Below, piece by piece: positions 16,267 through 26,401 of a stretch of 64,000 nt of DNA. Every line of letters begins with the position of its first letter. Positions within the stretch are counted from its first letter, which is position 1. A program made the position numbers and the translations under genes. This stretch comes from an uncultured Chloroflexia bacterium (lineage in GTDB: Bacteria; Chloroflexota; Anaerolineae; Anaerolineales; UBA4823). Where the stretch lies: assembly GCA_963809805.1 (NCBI GenBank), contig CAWELB010000007.1, positions 458,837-522,836 of the forward strand, given 5' to 3'. The notes beneath the pieces are model-generated. The model made no database searches. It was given only the letters and a program-made list of their open reading frames with translations, and was not told where the DNA came from.

Positions 16267-17181
16267 ATGAAACAGACCCATTCCAATTCAAAGGCGGGAG
16301 ATAAGCTAATCATCAGCGTTGCCTGGATCATCACCCTGAGTATTTCCTTGCTCCCAGACATCCTCTTCAAGGAATTGACTGGCAGCCTGCCCACCTGGGT
16401 ATTCTGGGGTAAAGTCGGGTTGATCGCTATCTTGTTATTGGTCAGCTTGCTGTGGAGACGCATGCGCCCATTATGGCTTTATTCGGTGGTGCTCCTGGTG
16501 GTCTACCTGCTGGAATGGGCTGTTCCTCGCTTCTACCAGTCTGTATCATACACATCCTGGTTTACTGGTCGAAGTGCTTTCATCCGGGATATGACTTCTG
16601 TGCAAATTCCACGCTTCACAGTTGGAATTCTATTGGTGCTGATCATGCTGGCATTGTTCCGGGGGTTTGATAAATTTTTCTTTGTGAAGGGAAAACTGGA
16701 TGCACAGGCTGCCCCAATTCCGTGGATCACAGACAAGCCTCACTCGTGGCGTATCCTGGGTCCAGCCATTGCAGGTGCCATGTGCCTGGGTCTCATCGCC
16801 TTTAGCCTGATTTTTGGCGGTTTACCCTCTTTACAATCCTTAAAATTTGCATTCCCGGTAATCCTTCTGGTCCCGGTCTTCGCAGCCAGCAATGCTTTCG
16901 GAGAGGAAATGCTCTATCGAGCTCCCTGGCTGGGTGCCCTGGAAAACCCGATTGGTCCAATTCATGCTCTGCTGATGACCGCAGTATATTTTGGCCTCGC
17001 CCATTTCTACGGTGTGCCGTACGGCATCCTTGGTGTGATCCTGTCATTTATACCTGGCTGGTTGATCGGTAAATCTATGCTGGAAACGCGGGGTTTCTTC
17101 TGGGCATGGTTCATCCACTTTTGGATGGACGTGGTGATATTCTTTTTCATTGCCCTTGGCTCGATAACCCCAGGTGGATAA
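16267..17181 (+). CDS. CPBP-family intramembrane protease (second copy)
   Basis: Polytopic protein with EEMLYRAPWLG, FGLAHF and FIHFWMD motifs. Confidence 0.75.
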   Translation: MKQTHSNSKAGDKLIISVAWIITLSISLLPDILFKELTGSLPTWVFWGKVGLIAILLLVSLLWRRMRPLWLYSVVLLVVYLLEWAVPRFYQSVSYTSWFTGRSAFIRDMTSVQIPRFTVGILLVLIMLALFRGFDKFFFVKGKLDAQAAPIPWITDKPHSWRILGPAIAGAMCLGLIAFSLIFGGLPSLQSLKFAFPVILLVPVFAASNAFGEEMLYRAPWLGALENPIGPIHALLMTAVYFGLAHFYGVPYGILGVILSFIPGWLIGKSMLETRGFFWAWFIHFWMDVVIFFFIALGSITPGG

Positions 17182-17227
17182 ACGAGAAGACAGGTTCGTA
17201 ATTTTGTCGAAATTCCTTTACGATATC

Positions 17228-17257
17228 AAAAGGACCTGCCGAGAAGCAGGTCCTTTT
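17228..17257. terminator. bidirectional rho-independent terminator
   Basis: aaa-aggacctgc (17231-17239), loop cgagaa, gcaggtcct (17246-17254), then tttt. An A-tract on one side and a T-tract on the other, between convergent genes. Confidence 0.6.
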
Positions 17258-17289
17258 ATAATCCGCGCAGACATTGGTGCTAAAGAACG

Positions 17290-18375
17290 CTACTGGACTT
17301 CTAATATCACCGGTCGGGCGATGCCATCGATAATGATCGTTGGCCAGTTGGGTATCTCGGTGAGAATCTGATTCTCGGTCTCCCGAACCAGGATGGTATC
17401 TTCAGATTTACAGCCGGTGATCGAGGGATTCCAGGCGTATGCCTGCCCAACGATGACCCGGTCGGTCGATCCAGGCACCGCCAGGTACTCACGCGGTTCA
17501 TAACCCGAAGTACCACCCTGGTGGTGCTTTTGCCATTCATCAGGAAAGCCGGTTGCCGCATAGGTTGCCGCGGCCTTGCTAAAAATATCTCCCAACGTAG
17601 TCCCCGGCCGGGTGGACCTGATAAAGGTCGCATCGACCCTGGCACAGGCTTCCATCTTCTGCCTCAATTCATCCGGCAGCTTGCCAAAATGCACCAGGCG
17701 TGTGAGCGAGCAAACCAGACCATGTTTCCTCCCGCATAGGATCAGCATGGCATATCTCTCGAGCTTTTTGGCGGTCGGTAATGGGTGGCGATAGGAGGAT
17801 ATGCGTTCGTCGGTAGCGATCAGATTAACAGTTGCCTGCACACCCTCCCCTTCTGCTTCCTCAGCCAAACTGGCAGCAATTTCAAACTCCGTTTGCCCCG
17901 GTCTGACCGTTTTGATGGCAGCATCCATCGCATGAGCGCAAATTTTCCCTAAATCCTGGAAGCGCCCCCCCTCTTCAGGCGTCAGGTTGGCGCGTAACCT
18001 GGCCAGGTCAGCTGATAGATCAACCGCCCCTGGGAAGGGTGCATCTGAGGCGAGGTTTGCACCACGGCACAATTCCCGAATATCGGCCTGGCTGGCGGCA
18101 TACCATGGCGTCACCTGAAACTCCCAACCCTGGGTACCCAATTGTTCTTCTTTTTCAAGGCGTGGTGCCTCAATATTAGTTGTGATCAAATATTGGTGAT
18201 CCATAGTAATAAGCAATGCTGCGAGGCCGTTGGTGGAAGCTGTATTTATGTAAGAAGCTGCTCCGCCTGTAGCCCAGGCGAAACTGCCTACGCTCTGCAT
18301 GTACAGGGCTCCCAGATTGCGTCCGGTCATCCAGGTACGAATGATCTCAAGTTTGCGTTTTTGTTCACTCACCAT
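17290..18375 (-). CDS. M24-family metallopeptidase (Xaa-Pro aminopeptidase/creatinase-like)
   Basis: 361 aa. Pita-bread-fold-like C-terminal half (HHQGGTSGYEPREY..., SEDTILV). Confidence 0.65.
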   Translation of the reverse strand: MVSEQKRKLEIIRTWMTGRNLGALYMQSVGSFAWATGGAASYINTASTNGLAALLITMDHQYLITTNIEAPRLEKEEQLGTQGWEFQVTPWYAASQADIRELCRGANLASDAPFPGAVDLSADLARLRANLTPEEGGRFQDLGKICAHAMDAAIKTVRPGQTEFEIAASLAEEAEGEGVQATVNLIATDERISSYRHPLPTAKKLERYAMLILCGRKHGLVCSLTRLVHFGKLPDELRQKMEACARVDATFIRSTRPGTTLGDIFSKAAATYAATGFPDEWQKHHQGGTSGYEPREYLAVPGSTDRVIVGQAYAWNPSITGCKSEDTILVRETENQILTEIPNWPTIIIDGIARPVILEVQ

Positions 18376-18481
18376 ATCACCTCAATAGTTTAAGAGCGCA
18401 GTGACAAAGTGTTTTACTCACAGAGCGATACGAAGATGATGAATTCACACCCGATCTGTGCAGCTCACTTTAATTTTGAAA

Positions 18482-19444
18482 TTAAGCCCAGAACATTTTC
18501 CCTGGGTTTTCCACCGTAACCGCCTCACGTAATGCTGCCAGACCCTTTTTGACACCCTCATCAAAAGACATCATTCCATCTTCGTGTTCGAGCGACATCA
18601 CATGATCGTATCCAACCATACGTAATGCTGAAACAATATCCTTCCACACTTTTAGGTCGTGACCGTAACCAATCGTGCGGAAAGTCCAGGATCGGTGGGG
18701 AATATCGGAGTAATTCTTATGGTCATTACAGCCGTTCACGGCAATGTTATATGGATCGACGTAGCAATCTTTGGCGTGTACGTGCACAATTGCATCCCCC
18801 AGCTTGCGAATGGCAGCCACCGGGTCAACCCCATTCCAAAACAAATGGCTGGGGTCAAAATTACATCCCATCGCCTCGCCACACGCCTCGCGCATGCGCA
18901 GCATGGTCTCAACATTGTAAATAAGCATGCCGGGGTGCATCTCCACTCCGATTTTCACGTGACGCTCTTCGGCAAATTTAGACGCGCGCCTCCAATAAGG
19001 GATGGCTACTTGGTTCCATTGGTACTCCAGGATCTCAAGAAAATAGGGTGGCCAGGGGCAGGTGACCCAATTGGGCGTTTTATCGGTAGGTGAGCCTGCC
19101 GGGAGACCAGCCATCAGGTTTATCGCCGGCACGCCGCACATTTCAGCCAAACGTACTGTTTTCCTGAACAGCTCATCCGAATCCGTTGCGATTTGCTTGT
19201 CCGGATGGAGGGGATTCCAATGACAGCTGAAAGCACTGATGATCATGCCGCGTTCTTCTACTGCTTTTAGATAAGCTCGACGTTTTTCTTCGCTTGCCAA
19301 CAGCTCGTCAATGGGACAGTGATGCGCCCCAGGGAACCCGCCGGTGCCGAACTCTACGGCTGTAGCGCCGAACGACAAAATCTTATCCAGGGCTGCTTCA
19401 AAGGGAAGCTGTTGGAAAATCACTGAAAGGACACCGATCCGCAT
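18482..19444 (-). CDS. sugar phosphate isomerase/epimerase (xylose-isomerase-like TIM barrel) 1
   Basis: MRIGVLSVIF... with AP-endonuclease-2/XI-like TIM pattern (E..H..D..E metal-ligand spacing: GVEMHPG, HVHAKD, LEHED). Confidence 0.8.
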   Translation of the reverse strand: MRIGVLSVIFQQLPFEAALDKILSFGATAVEFGTGGFPGAHHCPIDELLASEEKRRAYLKAVEERGMIISAFSCHWNPLHPDKQIATDSDELFRKTVRLAEMCGVPAINLMAGLPAGSPTDKTPNWVTCPWPPYFLEILEYQWNQVAIPYWRRASKFAEERHVKIGVEMHPGMLIYNVETMLRMREACGEAMGCNFDPSHLFWNGVDPVAAIRKLGDAIVHVHAKDCYVDPYNIAVNGCNDHKNYSDIPHRSWTFRTIGYGHDLKVWKDIVSALRMVGYDHVMSLEHEDGMMSFDEGVKKGLAALREAVTVENPGKMFWA

Positions 19445-19470
19445 AGTTACTCCTGTCTAAAAATCTGGTA

Positions 19471-20298
19471 TCAGATAAGCTTACTGAGATGCTCAAAACT
19501 CCGCATGGCATCAGGAACTGAGCCGCATTCGACGCTGAAGACGATATCATTGGGGCATTGTTTCACGATATCAATCATCCGCTTCCAGTCCACAACCCCA
19601 TCACCACAGGCACATCCGGTCGGCGTGCCGGTAACTTTCCCAAGTTTTTCATCACTCTGCGCCATGCTGATATCTTTGGCATGCAGATGCACCAGGTGAT
19701 CCAACACGTGGGTGAGCCACTCATAGGTATCCGTGGTTCCCGCCAGATAGCTGTTGCCAGTATCGTAATTGATCCCAATGGCAGGTGATTTAACCAGGTT
19801 ATAGATGCTATCCAGCCCCTCCATAGATTTTGAATACTGCTGGTGCGGTTCGAGACCAATTTTAATCCCATGCCTTTCTGCCACTCGAGCAGCTTCAGTC
19901 AGGGTATAAGTCATCAAGGTGTAATCCATCTCTTTGGTGGTCCACAAAGGCTTCGGACCCTCATCGGTATTTACAACTGGTGCGCCTGCATCAGCCGCCC
20001 AGCGGATTGCCTGCTTTAGATATTCAACACCAATCTCAGGTTTGCACAATGTCGTGTGCGCGGATAGACCTGAGAGTTTGATATGATGCCTGTCACACAG
20101 CTCGCGCACCCCTAATGGATCGTCATACATGGATACGCTGTGAAAATAACCAGCTTCACTTAGCAATTCCCGACCCCAATGAACCATGGGCTCTATGTAT
20201 TGATAGCCAATTTCTGCAGCTTTCTCAACCCCCCAGGCGAAGGGTTTATCGTGCGAGCGAACAAATTCCATATTCACGCCAAGATATATTTTTCCCAT
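19471..20298 (-). CDS. sugar phosphate isomerase/epimerase (XI-like TIM barrel) 2
   Basis: GLEPH, HLHAKD and SVEC motifs; 275 aa. Confidence 0.8.
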   Translation of the reverse strand: MGKIYLGVNMEFVRSHDKPFAWGVEKAAEIGYQYIEPMVHWGRELLSEAGYFHSVSMYDDPLGVRELCDRHHIKLSGLSAHTTLCKPEIGVEYLKQAIRWAADAGAPVVNTDEGPKPLWTTKEMDYTLMTYTLTEAARVAERHGIKIGLEPHQQYSKSMEGLDSIYNLVKSPAIGINYDTGNSYLAGTTDTYEWLTHVLDHLVHLHAKDISMAQSDEKLGKVTGTPTGCACGDGVVDWKRMIDIVKQCPNDIVFSVECGSVPDAMRSFEHLSKLI

Positions 20299-20335
20299 TT
20301 TTCCTCCTGTTGAACTTGATTAAAAATACGACCTA

Positions 20336-21208
20336 TCAGGCAGCCAATCGTTTATTAGCGTCATTAACCAGATCGCGTACAAAAGCCAGGCTCTTTTCAA
20401 TCATCGGCCCACCTTGTCCTTCACACTCCAGGCTGACCACCCCGTTATAACCGATATCCACCAATACATCGAAGCATTTTTTGATGTTATCCTTATTGAC
20501 CCCATCACCGATGGCGCATTGACTGACTGCAATACCGGTTAATTCACCCCGTAATGAAGCCGCTAATGTCTCACTGACATCTTTAATGTGGACATGGCTG
20601 ACTTTGTCCTGGAACTTTTTCAGAAAAGCGACCGGATCCTGCCCGGCGATGAAGGTATTGCCGGTATCCATATTCATCCGCAGGTAGCGACTGTCGACGA
20701 AAGCGAGCATTTTTTCCATGAACTCGGGCTTGGTGGTGAAATAACCATGCGGCTCGATATCGATGGTCATTTTGTAACGCTCGGCAGTTTCAATGATTTG
20801 CTCGTAAGCGCGCTTCATGATTTCAAGGGATTTCTCAGTTGTGATCCCCTGCGGGGCAAAGCGATCGTCTGTAGTATCTATGTGGTCGCATCCTGCCAGA
20901 TAGGCCCAGCGGATCGTCCTCAGCACATATTCCACACCCAGGCTGGTCCCATTCGGCAAAGACAAAGGAAAGGCAGCATCAATTTGCGAGAACTTGACAC
21001 CGTAGCTGGCAGCTTTATCGCGCCACATGAAAGGGTCTTCCCACATGGCAACATGCGGTTGGTAACCCAATCCATGGATCCAGCTTACCCCATCAATCAT
21101 CCCACACTCGATCCAATGAACATCATTCTTTTGCGCCCACTGTAAGCTTTGCTCAAAACTCCAGTAGCTGCTGTTGAAGGCATCCGTATGAAATCCTATC
21201 TCAATCAT
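20336..21208 (-). CDS. sugar phosphate isomerase/epimerase (XI-like TIM barrel) 3
   Basis: DIEPHG, HVHIKD and SLECE motifs; 290 aa. Confidence 0.8.
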   Translation of the reverse strand: MIEIGFHTDAFNSSYWSFEQSLQWAQKNDVHWIECGMIDGVSWIHGLGYQPHVAMWEDPFMWRDKAASYGVKFSQIDAAFPLSLPNGTSLGVEYVLRTIRWAYLAGCDHIDTTDDRFAPQGITTEKSLEIMKRAYEQIIETAERYKMTIDIEPHGYFTTKPEFMEKMLAFVDSRYLRMNMDTGNTFIAGQDPVAFLKKFQDKVSHVHIKDVSETLAASLRGELTGIAVSQCAIGDGVNKDNIKKCFDVLVDIGYNGVVSLECEGQGGPMIEKSLAFVRDLVNDANKRLAA

Positions 21209-21304
21209 GGGTCTTAAGCTCCTTGATATAAAATTCCATATATTTTAGATGAGCCTGCTCAAAGATCGAGCAGGCTCAAATTTAGAACGAAGTGAAATCG
21301 AGTC

Positions 21305-22615
21305 TTACGGCATCACGTCCACGTACTTGTTGATGTCGGGCTTTTCCCAAGAGGCTGGATAGTTGGTCATATCTTCACAGCCGCACAAGGCGTAGTGTAG
21401 CGGGGGCATGGCGGGATTGATATAAGTATCCAGATTGGCTGCAGTAACTTCCGGCTGGGGCATGGTCCAATGGTGCTGGACGGTCTTGCCCTGCAAGAAC
21501 ATGACGGCAGACAACACTGCTGTGCGCCACTGGAAGGTCGGGAAGGTGGGTGCAACTGCAGTTAGACTGTTGGCTTTCCAATACTGCAGGTAATCTTCCT
21601 GATCTTCACCAACCATGGCCTTCGGATATGGAGCTCCGGCGTCCTTGAAGGCTTCCAGGATGGTTACAGCGGTACCGCCAGCGTCCATCCATACTGCATC
21701 GATCGTGCCGTATTTCGCCAGGTAATCGCTCACCACGGTGTTGGCTTTGAAGGAGTCGTAGCCTACGAATTCCACACCGATGATATTGAGCTGTGGGTTG
21801 GCTTCGAAGATCTTTCGAGCTGCACCCCAACGCTGCTCAAGCACATCCACACCCGGTAGGATGCGGAAGGCGAGTACGTTACCGCCCTGGGGTAGATTGT
21901 CAACAATGAACTTGGCGCCGGTGATACCGAAGGCATATCCACCGATGGTGCGTTCAGAAATGACTGGGCAGTCGGTCTGGGCAAAGCGGTCGAATTGGAC
22001 CACAGGCATGACCGCGCAGGCCTTTTCGACCATGGGGGTCAGGGCTTCACTGGTGTTAGAGGCGACGATTAAGATGTCGCATTTCCCAGGTGTATTGATG
22101 ATATCCTGAATGTCAGCGATTTGCTTGGCATCATTGCCCTGGGCATCCAGGTGGTAGAAGTTCTTGACCAGACCCTGAGTGCGGAGCTCTTCGACCTGCT
22201 CACGGATATCGATATAACCGACCACACGCCATGGATTGTTGACGCCAGCATTGGAGAAGCAGACGTTATAAGGAGGCGCCTTTTTCGCGAACTCAGCGTA
22301 TTGTGGGTACTTGGAAATGTCGGTCGGATTGTCGACCAGGTATTGCAGATAGATGGGGTCGCTTGGATTCAACGCTGCCATGGACATTTCTTTCAGCGAT
22401 TCTTCATAATCAGCATCGGTGAAGAATTGGGCGGCTACTTTGGCTGCATCCAATGCCAGGCCGGGGTTTTTCGCCGCAGCCGGGGGATTTGTTGCTGCCG
22501 CTGCGGGCGGATTTGTTGCCGCTGCGGGAGCGGTGGTGGCGGTCGTCCCGCATGCTGCCAGCAGCATGCTGAAGATCACCAGCAAAGAAACGACGTACAA
22601 AATACTCTTTTTCAT
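21305..22615 (-). CDS. sugar ABC transporter substrate-binding lipoprotein (type I PBP)
   Basis: Signal peptide plus LAACG lipobox and a repetitive ATNPPAAA linker. The body is periplasmic-binding-protein-like. Sits next to the ribose-type permeases. Confidence 0.75.
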   Translation of the reverse strand: MKKSILYVVSLLVIFSMLLAACGTTATTAPAAATNPPAAAATNPPAAAKNPGLALDAAKVAAQFFTDADYEESLKEMSMAALNPSDPIYLQYLVDNPTDISKYPQYAEFAKKAPPYNVCFSNAGVNNPWRVVGYIDIREQVEELRTQGLVKNFYHLDAQGNDAKQIADIQDIINTPGKCDILIVASNTSEALTPMVEKACAVMPVVQFDRFAQTDCPVISERTIGGYAFGITGAKFIVDNLPQGGNVLAFRILPGVDVLEQRWGAARKIFEANPQLNIIGVEFVGYDSFKANTVVSDYLAKYGTIDAVWMDAGGTAVTILEAFKDAGAPYPKAMVGEDQEDYLQYWKANSLTAVAPTFPTFQWRTAVLSAVMFLQGKTVQHHWTMPQPEVTAANLDTYINPAMPPLHYALCGCEDMTNYPASWEKPDINKYVDVMP

Positions 22616-22767
22616 TTGTAATTCTCCTCCAACAAATTTAAAAATTTTTGAATATCCAATCTCAACGTGCTTTGCCTTAATTTTATTCTATGGGCACCTC
22701 CTATATTCTCTCTTATTCTCGCATGTCATTCTATCAGACCATTGGGGATAGCGAGATTATAACGCCT

Positions 22768-23784
22768 TTACCGTTTTTTCATTGATGTAAGCCCCACATA
22801 TGCCACGGCACCGATAATGATCAAACCTTGAACTGCATCGGTGTAAGGTTTAGGCAGACCGAGCAAGTTCAGCAAGTTAACAATCGCTTGAAGGGTGAAT
22901 GCGCCAAAAATGGCATTTGGCACTGAGCCCTTACCTCCTCCCAATAACACTCCACCAACTACGCAGGCTGCGATGGACTGCATTTCGTAACCCTCACCAA
23001 TAGTTACGTTAACCCCACCGTAACCGCCGGTCATCACGCCCCCGATGATCGCAAAGACCGCGCACAGGATGAAGGTAACGATTCGTACCAGCTTGACCTT
23101 AACCCCCGATAAATGGCTGGCACGAACGTTATCTCCGATGGCCAGGATTTGTTTTCCAAAGTTGGTCCGATTGAATATGATGTAAGTAATGATCGCAAGA
23201 ATTATCAGAATAATCAATGCATATGGAACTCTGCTTAATACCGGAACGTTTTCAATGTAATTTCGTCCAAAAGCGCGCCAGTTATCCGTTAGATAACCTT
23301 GTGGCGCACCACCTACCCAATATAAGGCGCCACCACGAACAAGCAACATCATTCCAAGGGTTCCAATAAAAGAAGGAACTCTAAGATAACTGACCACCAG
23401 GCCGTTCACCAACCCAATAATGACGCCAAATCCCAACATGATCAGGATGGCAGGATAGGCATTGGCGGGATCATTTGCCAGCAGCTTTGAGCTTACCAGG
23501 ACTACAAAAGTGACAATCGCTCCAATCGACAAATCGAAACCACCCGATGCCAGCACCAACATCTCGCCAACCGCAAGCACTGCCAACGGTGAAGCGGTGC
23601 GTAGGAATGCCATGATGCCGTTCATCGATTGATATTTAACCGGATTGATGAATCCTAATGTGAGAAAAATGATGAAGAAGACAGGGTAAACCGGTGGGAT
23701 CTTTTTGATCCAAGCCCAGATTTTCCCCGCGGCACTGGAGAATTCATTTTGGGAGCCAATATGGGTAGTCGTCATTCGCTCCAC
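22768..23784 (-). CDS. sugar ABC transporter permease (ribose/xylose type, BPD_transp_2)
   Basis: 338 aa, about 9-10 TM, with Gly-rich C-terminal helices typical of RbsC-like permeases. Confidence 0.85.
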   Translation of the reverse strand: MERMTTTHIGSQNEFSSAAGKIWAWIKKIPPVYPVFFIIFLTLGFINPVKYQSMNGIMAFLRTASPLAVLAVGEMLVLASGGFDLSIGAIVTFVVLVSSKLLANDPANAYPAILIMLGFGVIIGLVNGLVVSYLRVPSFIGTLGMMLLVRGGALYWVGGAPQGYLTDNWRAFGRNYIENVPVLSRVPYALIILIILAIITYIIFNRTNFGKQILAIGDNVRASHLSGVKVKLVRIVTFILCAVFAIIGGVMTGGYGGVNVTIGEGYEMQSIAACVVGGVLLGGGKGSVPNAIFGAFTLQAIVNLLNLLGLPKPYTDAVQGLIIIGAVAYVGLTSMKKR

Positions 23785-23787
23785 TCC

Positions 23788-24783
23788 TTAAGCTGCTTCT
23801 TTCTTTGAGCGTATCGTATAGCTGGCTACAGCCATGACGATGATGGCACCTTGAAAGACCGTTTTTAGATATGGGTTTACACCCAACTGGTTGAATACCG
23901 TTTCCAGAACACCAAATATCAAAACCCCACCTAACGTACCCCATACCCCACCTTTACCCCCCGCAAGGGCAGTGCCGCCGATCACGGTTGTGGCGATCGA
24001 GTTTAGATCATACACGCCATTTGGGCCTACCCAGGGGGCACCAGACCGCATTTGACTGACCAGAAAAAAACCCGCCAGGACTGCGGTCATACTGCAAATA
24101 ATATGGGCACCGATTAAGACTCGATCTGTTCTAACCCCGGAGAGACGTGCAACTTCAGAATTTCCCCCCACTCCATATAGGTGAGATCCAAATTTAGTCC
24201 TGGCAAGTAAGAACCAGCCTGCAAAAACAATGAGTCCCAGAATGATGATGGAGACAGGTATGGGACCGATCGTGCCATAGCCGAAATATTCAAAGCTCTT
24301 TGGAACGCTACCGGTGTAATTGGAGAATGTAGCATTGATGATCCCTTTAATGATCAAGCTGGTTCCCAAAGTGGCGATAAAAGGATTAACACGCAATTTA
24401 GTGACAACTAGCCCGTTTACCAAACCGATCGCAGCACCGATAGCAAAGACAGACACAATCGCCGTGGGCACATTGGCAGGGTCTCCTTGCATGATGTACG
24501 AAGACATGACGGCGGTAATACTGATGGTGTAGGCTACCGAAAGGTCAATCGATGCACCAATAATCACCAGGCTCTGACCGACTGCTACAATGCCCAATGC
24601 CACAGATCGGACTATGATGTTCATCATGATGGCTGGATTCTTAAAAATCTGACCATCTGCGAGGATCTGATCCAATATTCCACCTGCAACGAAGACAATG
24701 ATCAGAAAGTAGTAGACCGGTGGAATATGGATGGAACGCAGGATTCTTCGGAGCCCATTTCCTGACACAGTGGCAGTCGTCAT
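23788..24783 (-). CDS. sugar ABC transporter permease (RbsC-like), second subunit
   Basis: 331 aa and paralogous to 22768..23784. Its stop is 3 nt from the next start. Confidence 0.85.
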   Translation of the reverse strand: MTTATVSGNGLRRILRSIHIPPVYYFLIIVFVAGGILDQILADGQIFKNPAIMMNIIVRSVALGIVAVGQSLVIIGASIDLSVAYTISITAVMSSYIMQGDPANVPTAIVSVFAIGAAIGLVNGLVVTKLRVNPFIATLGTSLIIKGIINATFSNYTGSVPKSFEYFGYGTIGPIPVSIIILGLIVFAGWFLLARTKFGSHLYGVGGNSEVARLSGVRTDRVLIGAHIICSMTAVLAGFFLVSQMRSGAPWVGPNGVYDLNSIATTVIGGTALAGGKGGVWGTLGGVLIFGVLETVFNQLGVNPYLKTVFQGAIIVMAVASYTIRSKKEAA

Positions 24784-24784
24784 G

Positions 24785-26371
24785 TCATACCTCTCCTACC
24801 GGGGTTGCAACCTGCGGGGTGTAACTTTTCGAATGGCCGGTTGCCATCATCATGATCTCTTGTTCACTAGATTTTGCAGGTAGCTCACCAGCGATCCGGC
24901 GTTCTGCCATCACAATGATCCGGTCGCTCATTCCAATGATTTCCGGTAACTCAGATGAAATCATCAATACCGCAGTGCCTTTTTTGGTTAATGCGCGGAT
25001 CATATCGTGGATGCTTGCCTTTGATTCCACGTCGATGCCGCGCGTGGGCTCATCAAAAATAAACACATCCGCATCTGATGCAAGCCATTTAGCCAGCACC
25101 ACTTTTTGTTGATTCCCACCGCTCAGGTATTGCGTCTCGCGATCAAACGAGTCGGTGCGGATGTCAACCTGTTGACCCAACATGGGAACGAGCCTGCGCG
25201 ACTTCCCGGTCCCATCCTTGTGGATGAGGCCAAATAGCGCTTGGACTGCCCTGACTGTTAAGAGCATATTATCCCGAATTGGTTGGCGGGGAGCAATTCC
25301 TTCCGATTTACGGTCTTCGGTGACAAACCCCATCTTATTCTTGATCGCTTTAGAGGGGCTTTTAATCGCGATTGCTTTTTCATGCAGTTCAATCTTGCCC
25401 GTTTTGAATGGCACCACACCGAATAAGGATTGTGCCAGCTCAGTTCGTCCTGAGCCCTGCAGCCCGGCGATACCCAGCACTTCCCCTTTCCGAAGCTCAA
25501 AACTGATGCCGGTGAGGATTTGGTTGGAAGCATCCTGAACCCTTAATACCACCTCACCAAAGTCCTCCGGCTTGCCCAATGGTGGGAAGTAATGGTCAAG
25601 GGCGCGTCCCACCATTAGGTATACCAGGTCAGAAGGGGTGACATCCCTCTTGTTCACTGTTTTGATGAACTTCCCATCCTTTAGGACTGTGATTTTTTCA
25701 GCAATATCGAAAACCTCTTTCAAGCGATGGGAAATGAATATGATTGACATTCCTCTTTGTTTCAAACGACCCACCAGATCGTTGAGTAAATTTACCTCGG
25801 TATAGGTAAGAGCAGCAGTAGGCTCATCCATGATCAGCACTTTGGCTTTAAAGGATATTGCTTTCGCAATCTCAACCAGCTGCTGCTCTGCAACTGATAG
25901 ATTGCTGACCATGGTGGTTGGTGAGAACATTCCCTCGACACCAATCTCTTTTAGCACCTCGATTGCCTGTCTATTCATCTTTCCAATATCGAGTGTCCCC
26001 GCTCGTGTGGGCTCACGACCAAGAAAAATATTATGCGCTACAGTTCTCTCAGGCAGCAGATTGAATTCTTGGTAGATGATGCTGACCCCTTTCAACTGAG
26101 CTTCTTTAGGATGAGAGAAGGAAACTTTTTCACCACTCAGGTAAATCGTTCCAGAGTCAGGCGTATAAGCACCGGACAAGATTTTCATCAGGGTAGACTT
26201 GCCTGCACCATTCTCACCTACCACGGCATGGATCTCACCCGGGAAGAATTGCACGGAAACATCGTCAAGCGCCACCACACCGGGGAAGCGCTTGGAAATG
26301 TGTTGTACTTCCACCAACGGCTGGATACCTTCAAGTGGCTTTGGATTTATTTCATCCGTTTCATTTGCCAT
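24785..26371 (-). CDS. sugar ABC transporter ATP-binding protein (duplicated ATPase, RbsA/MglA-like)
   Basis: Walker A GENGAGKST, signature LSVAEQQ / LSGGNQQK, and Walker B ILIMDEPT / VFIFDEPT. Two nucleotide-binding domains in 528 aa. Confidence 0.9.
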   Translation of the reverse strand: MANETDEINPKPLEGIQPLVEVQHISKRFPGVVALDDVSVQFFPGEIHAVVGENGAGKSTLMKILSGAYTPDSGTIYLSGEKVSFSHPKEAQLKGVSIIYQEFNLLPERTVAHNIFLGREPTRAGTLDIGKMNRQAIEVLKEIGVEGMFSPTTMVSNLSVAEQQLVEIAKAISFKAKVLIMDEPTAALTYTEVNLLNDLVGRLKQRGMSIIFISHRLKEVFDIAEKITVLKDGKFIKTVNKRDVTPSDLVYLMVGRALDHYFPPLGKPEDFGEVVLRVQDASNQILTGISFELRKGEVLGIAGLQGSGRTELAQSLFGVVPFKTGKIELHEKAIAIKSPSKAIKNKMGFVTEDRKSEGIAPRQPIRDNMLLTVRAVQALFGLIHKDGTGKSRRLVPMLGQQVDIRTDSFDRETQYLSGGNQQKVVLAKWLASDADVFIFDEPTRGIDVESKASIHDMIRALTKKGTAVLMISSELPEIIGMSDRIIVMAERRIAGELPAKSSEQEIMMMATGHSKSYTPQVATPVGEV

Positions 26372-26401
26372 ATTACTAGCCTCATCAACAAAGACTGATG
26401 G

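Noticed and set aside
20588-21145. Long antisense ORFs inside well-supported genes (20588-21145, 22121-22621, 30996-31511, 36403-37134, 36603-37124, 62119-62871 and others)
   Set aside because: Each lies fully inside a gene with clear family motifs on the opposite strand. Their translations are Arg/Gly/His-rich with no recognisable motifs. They are the expected open antisense frames.
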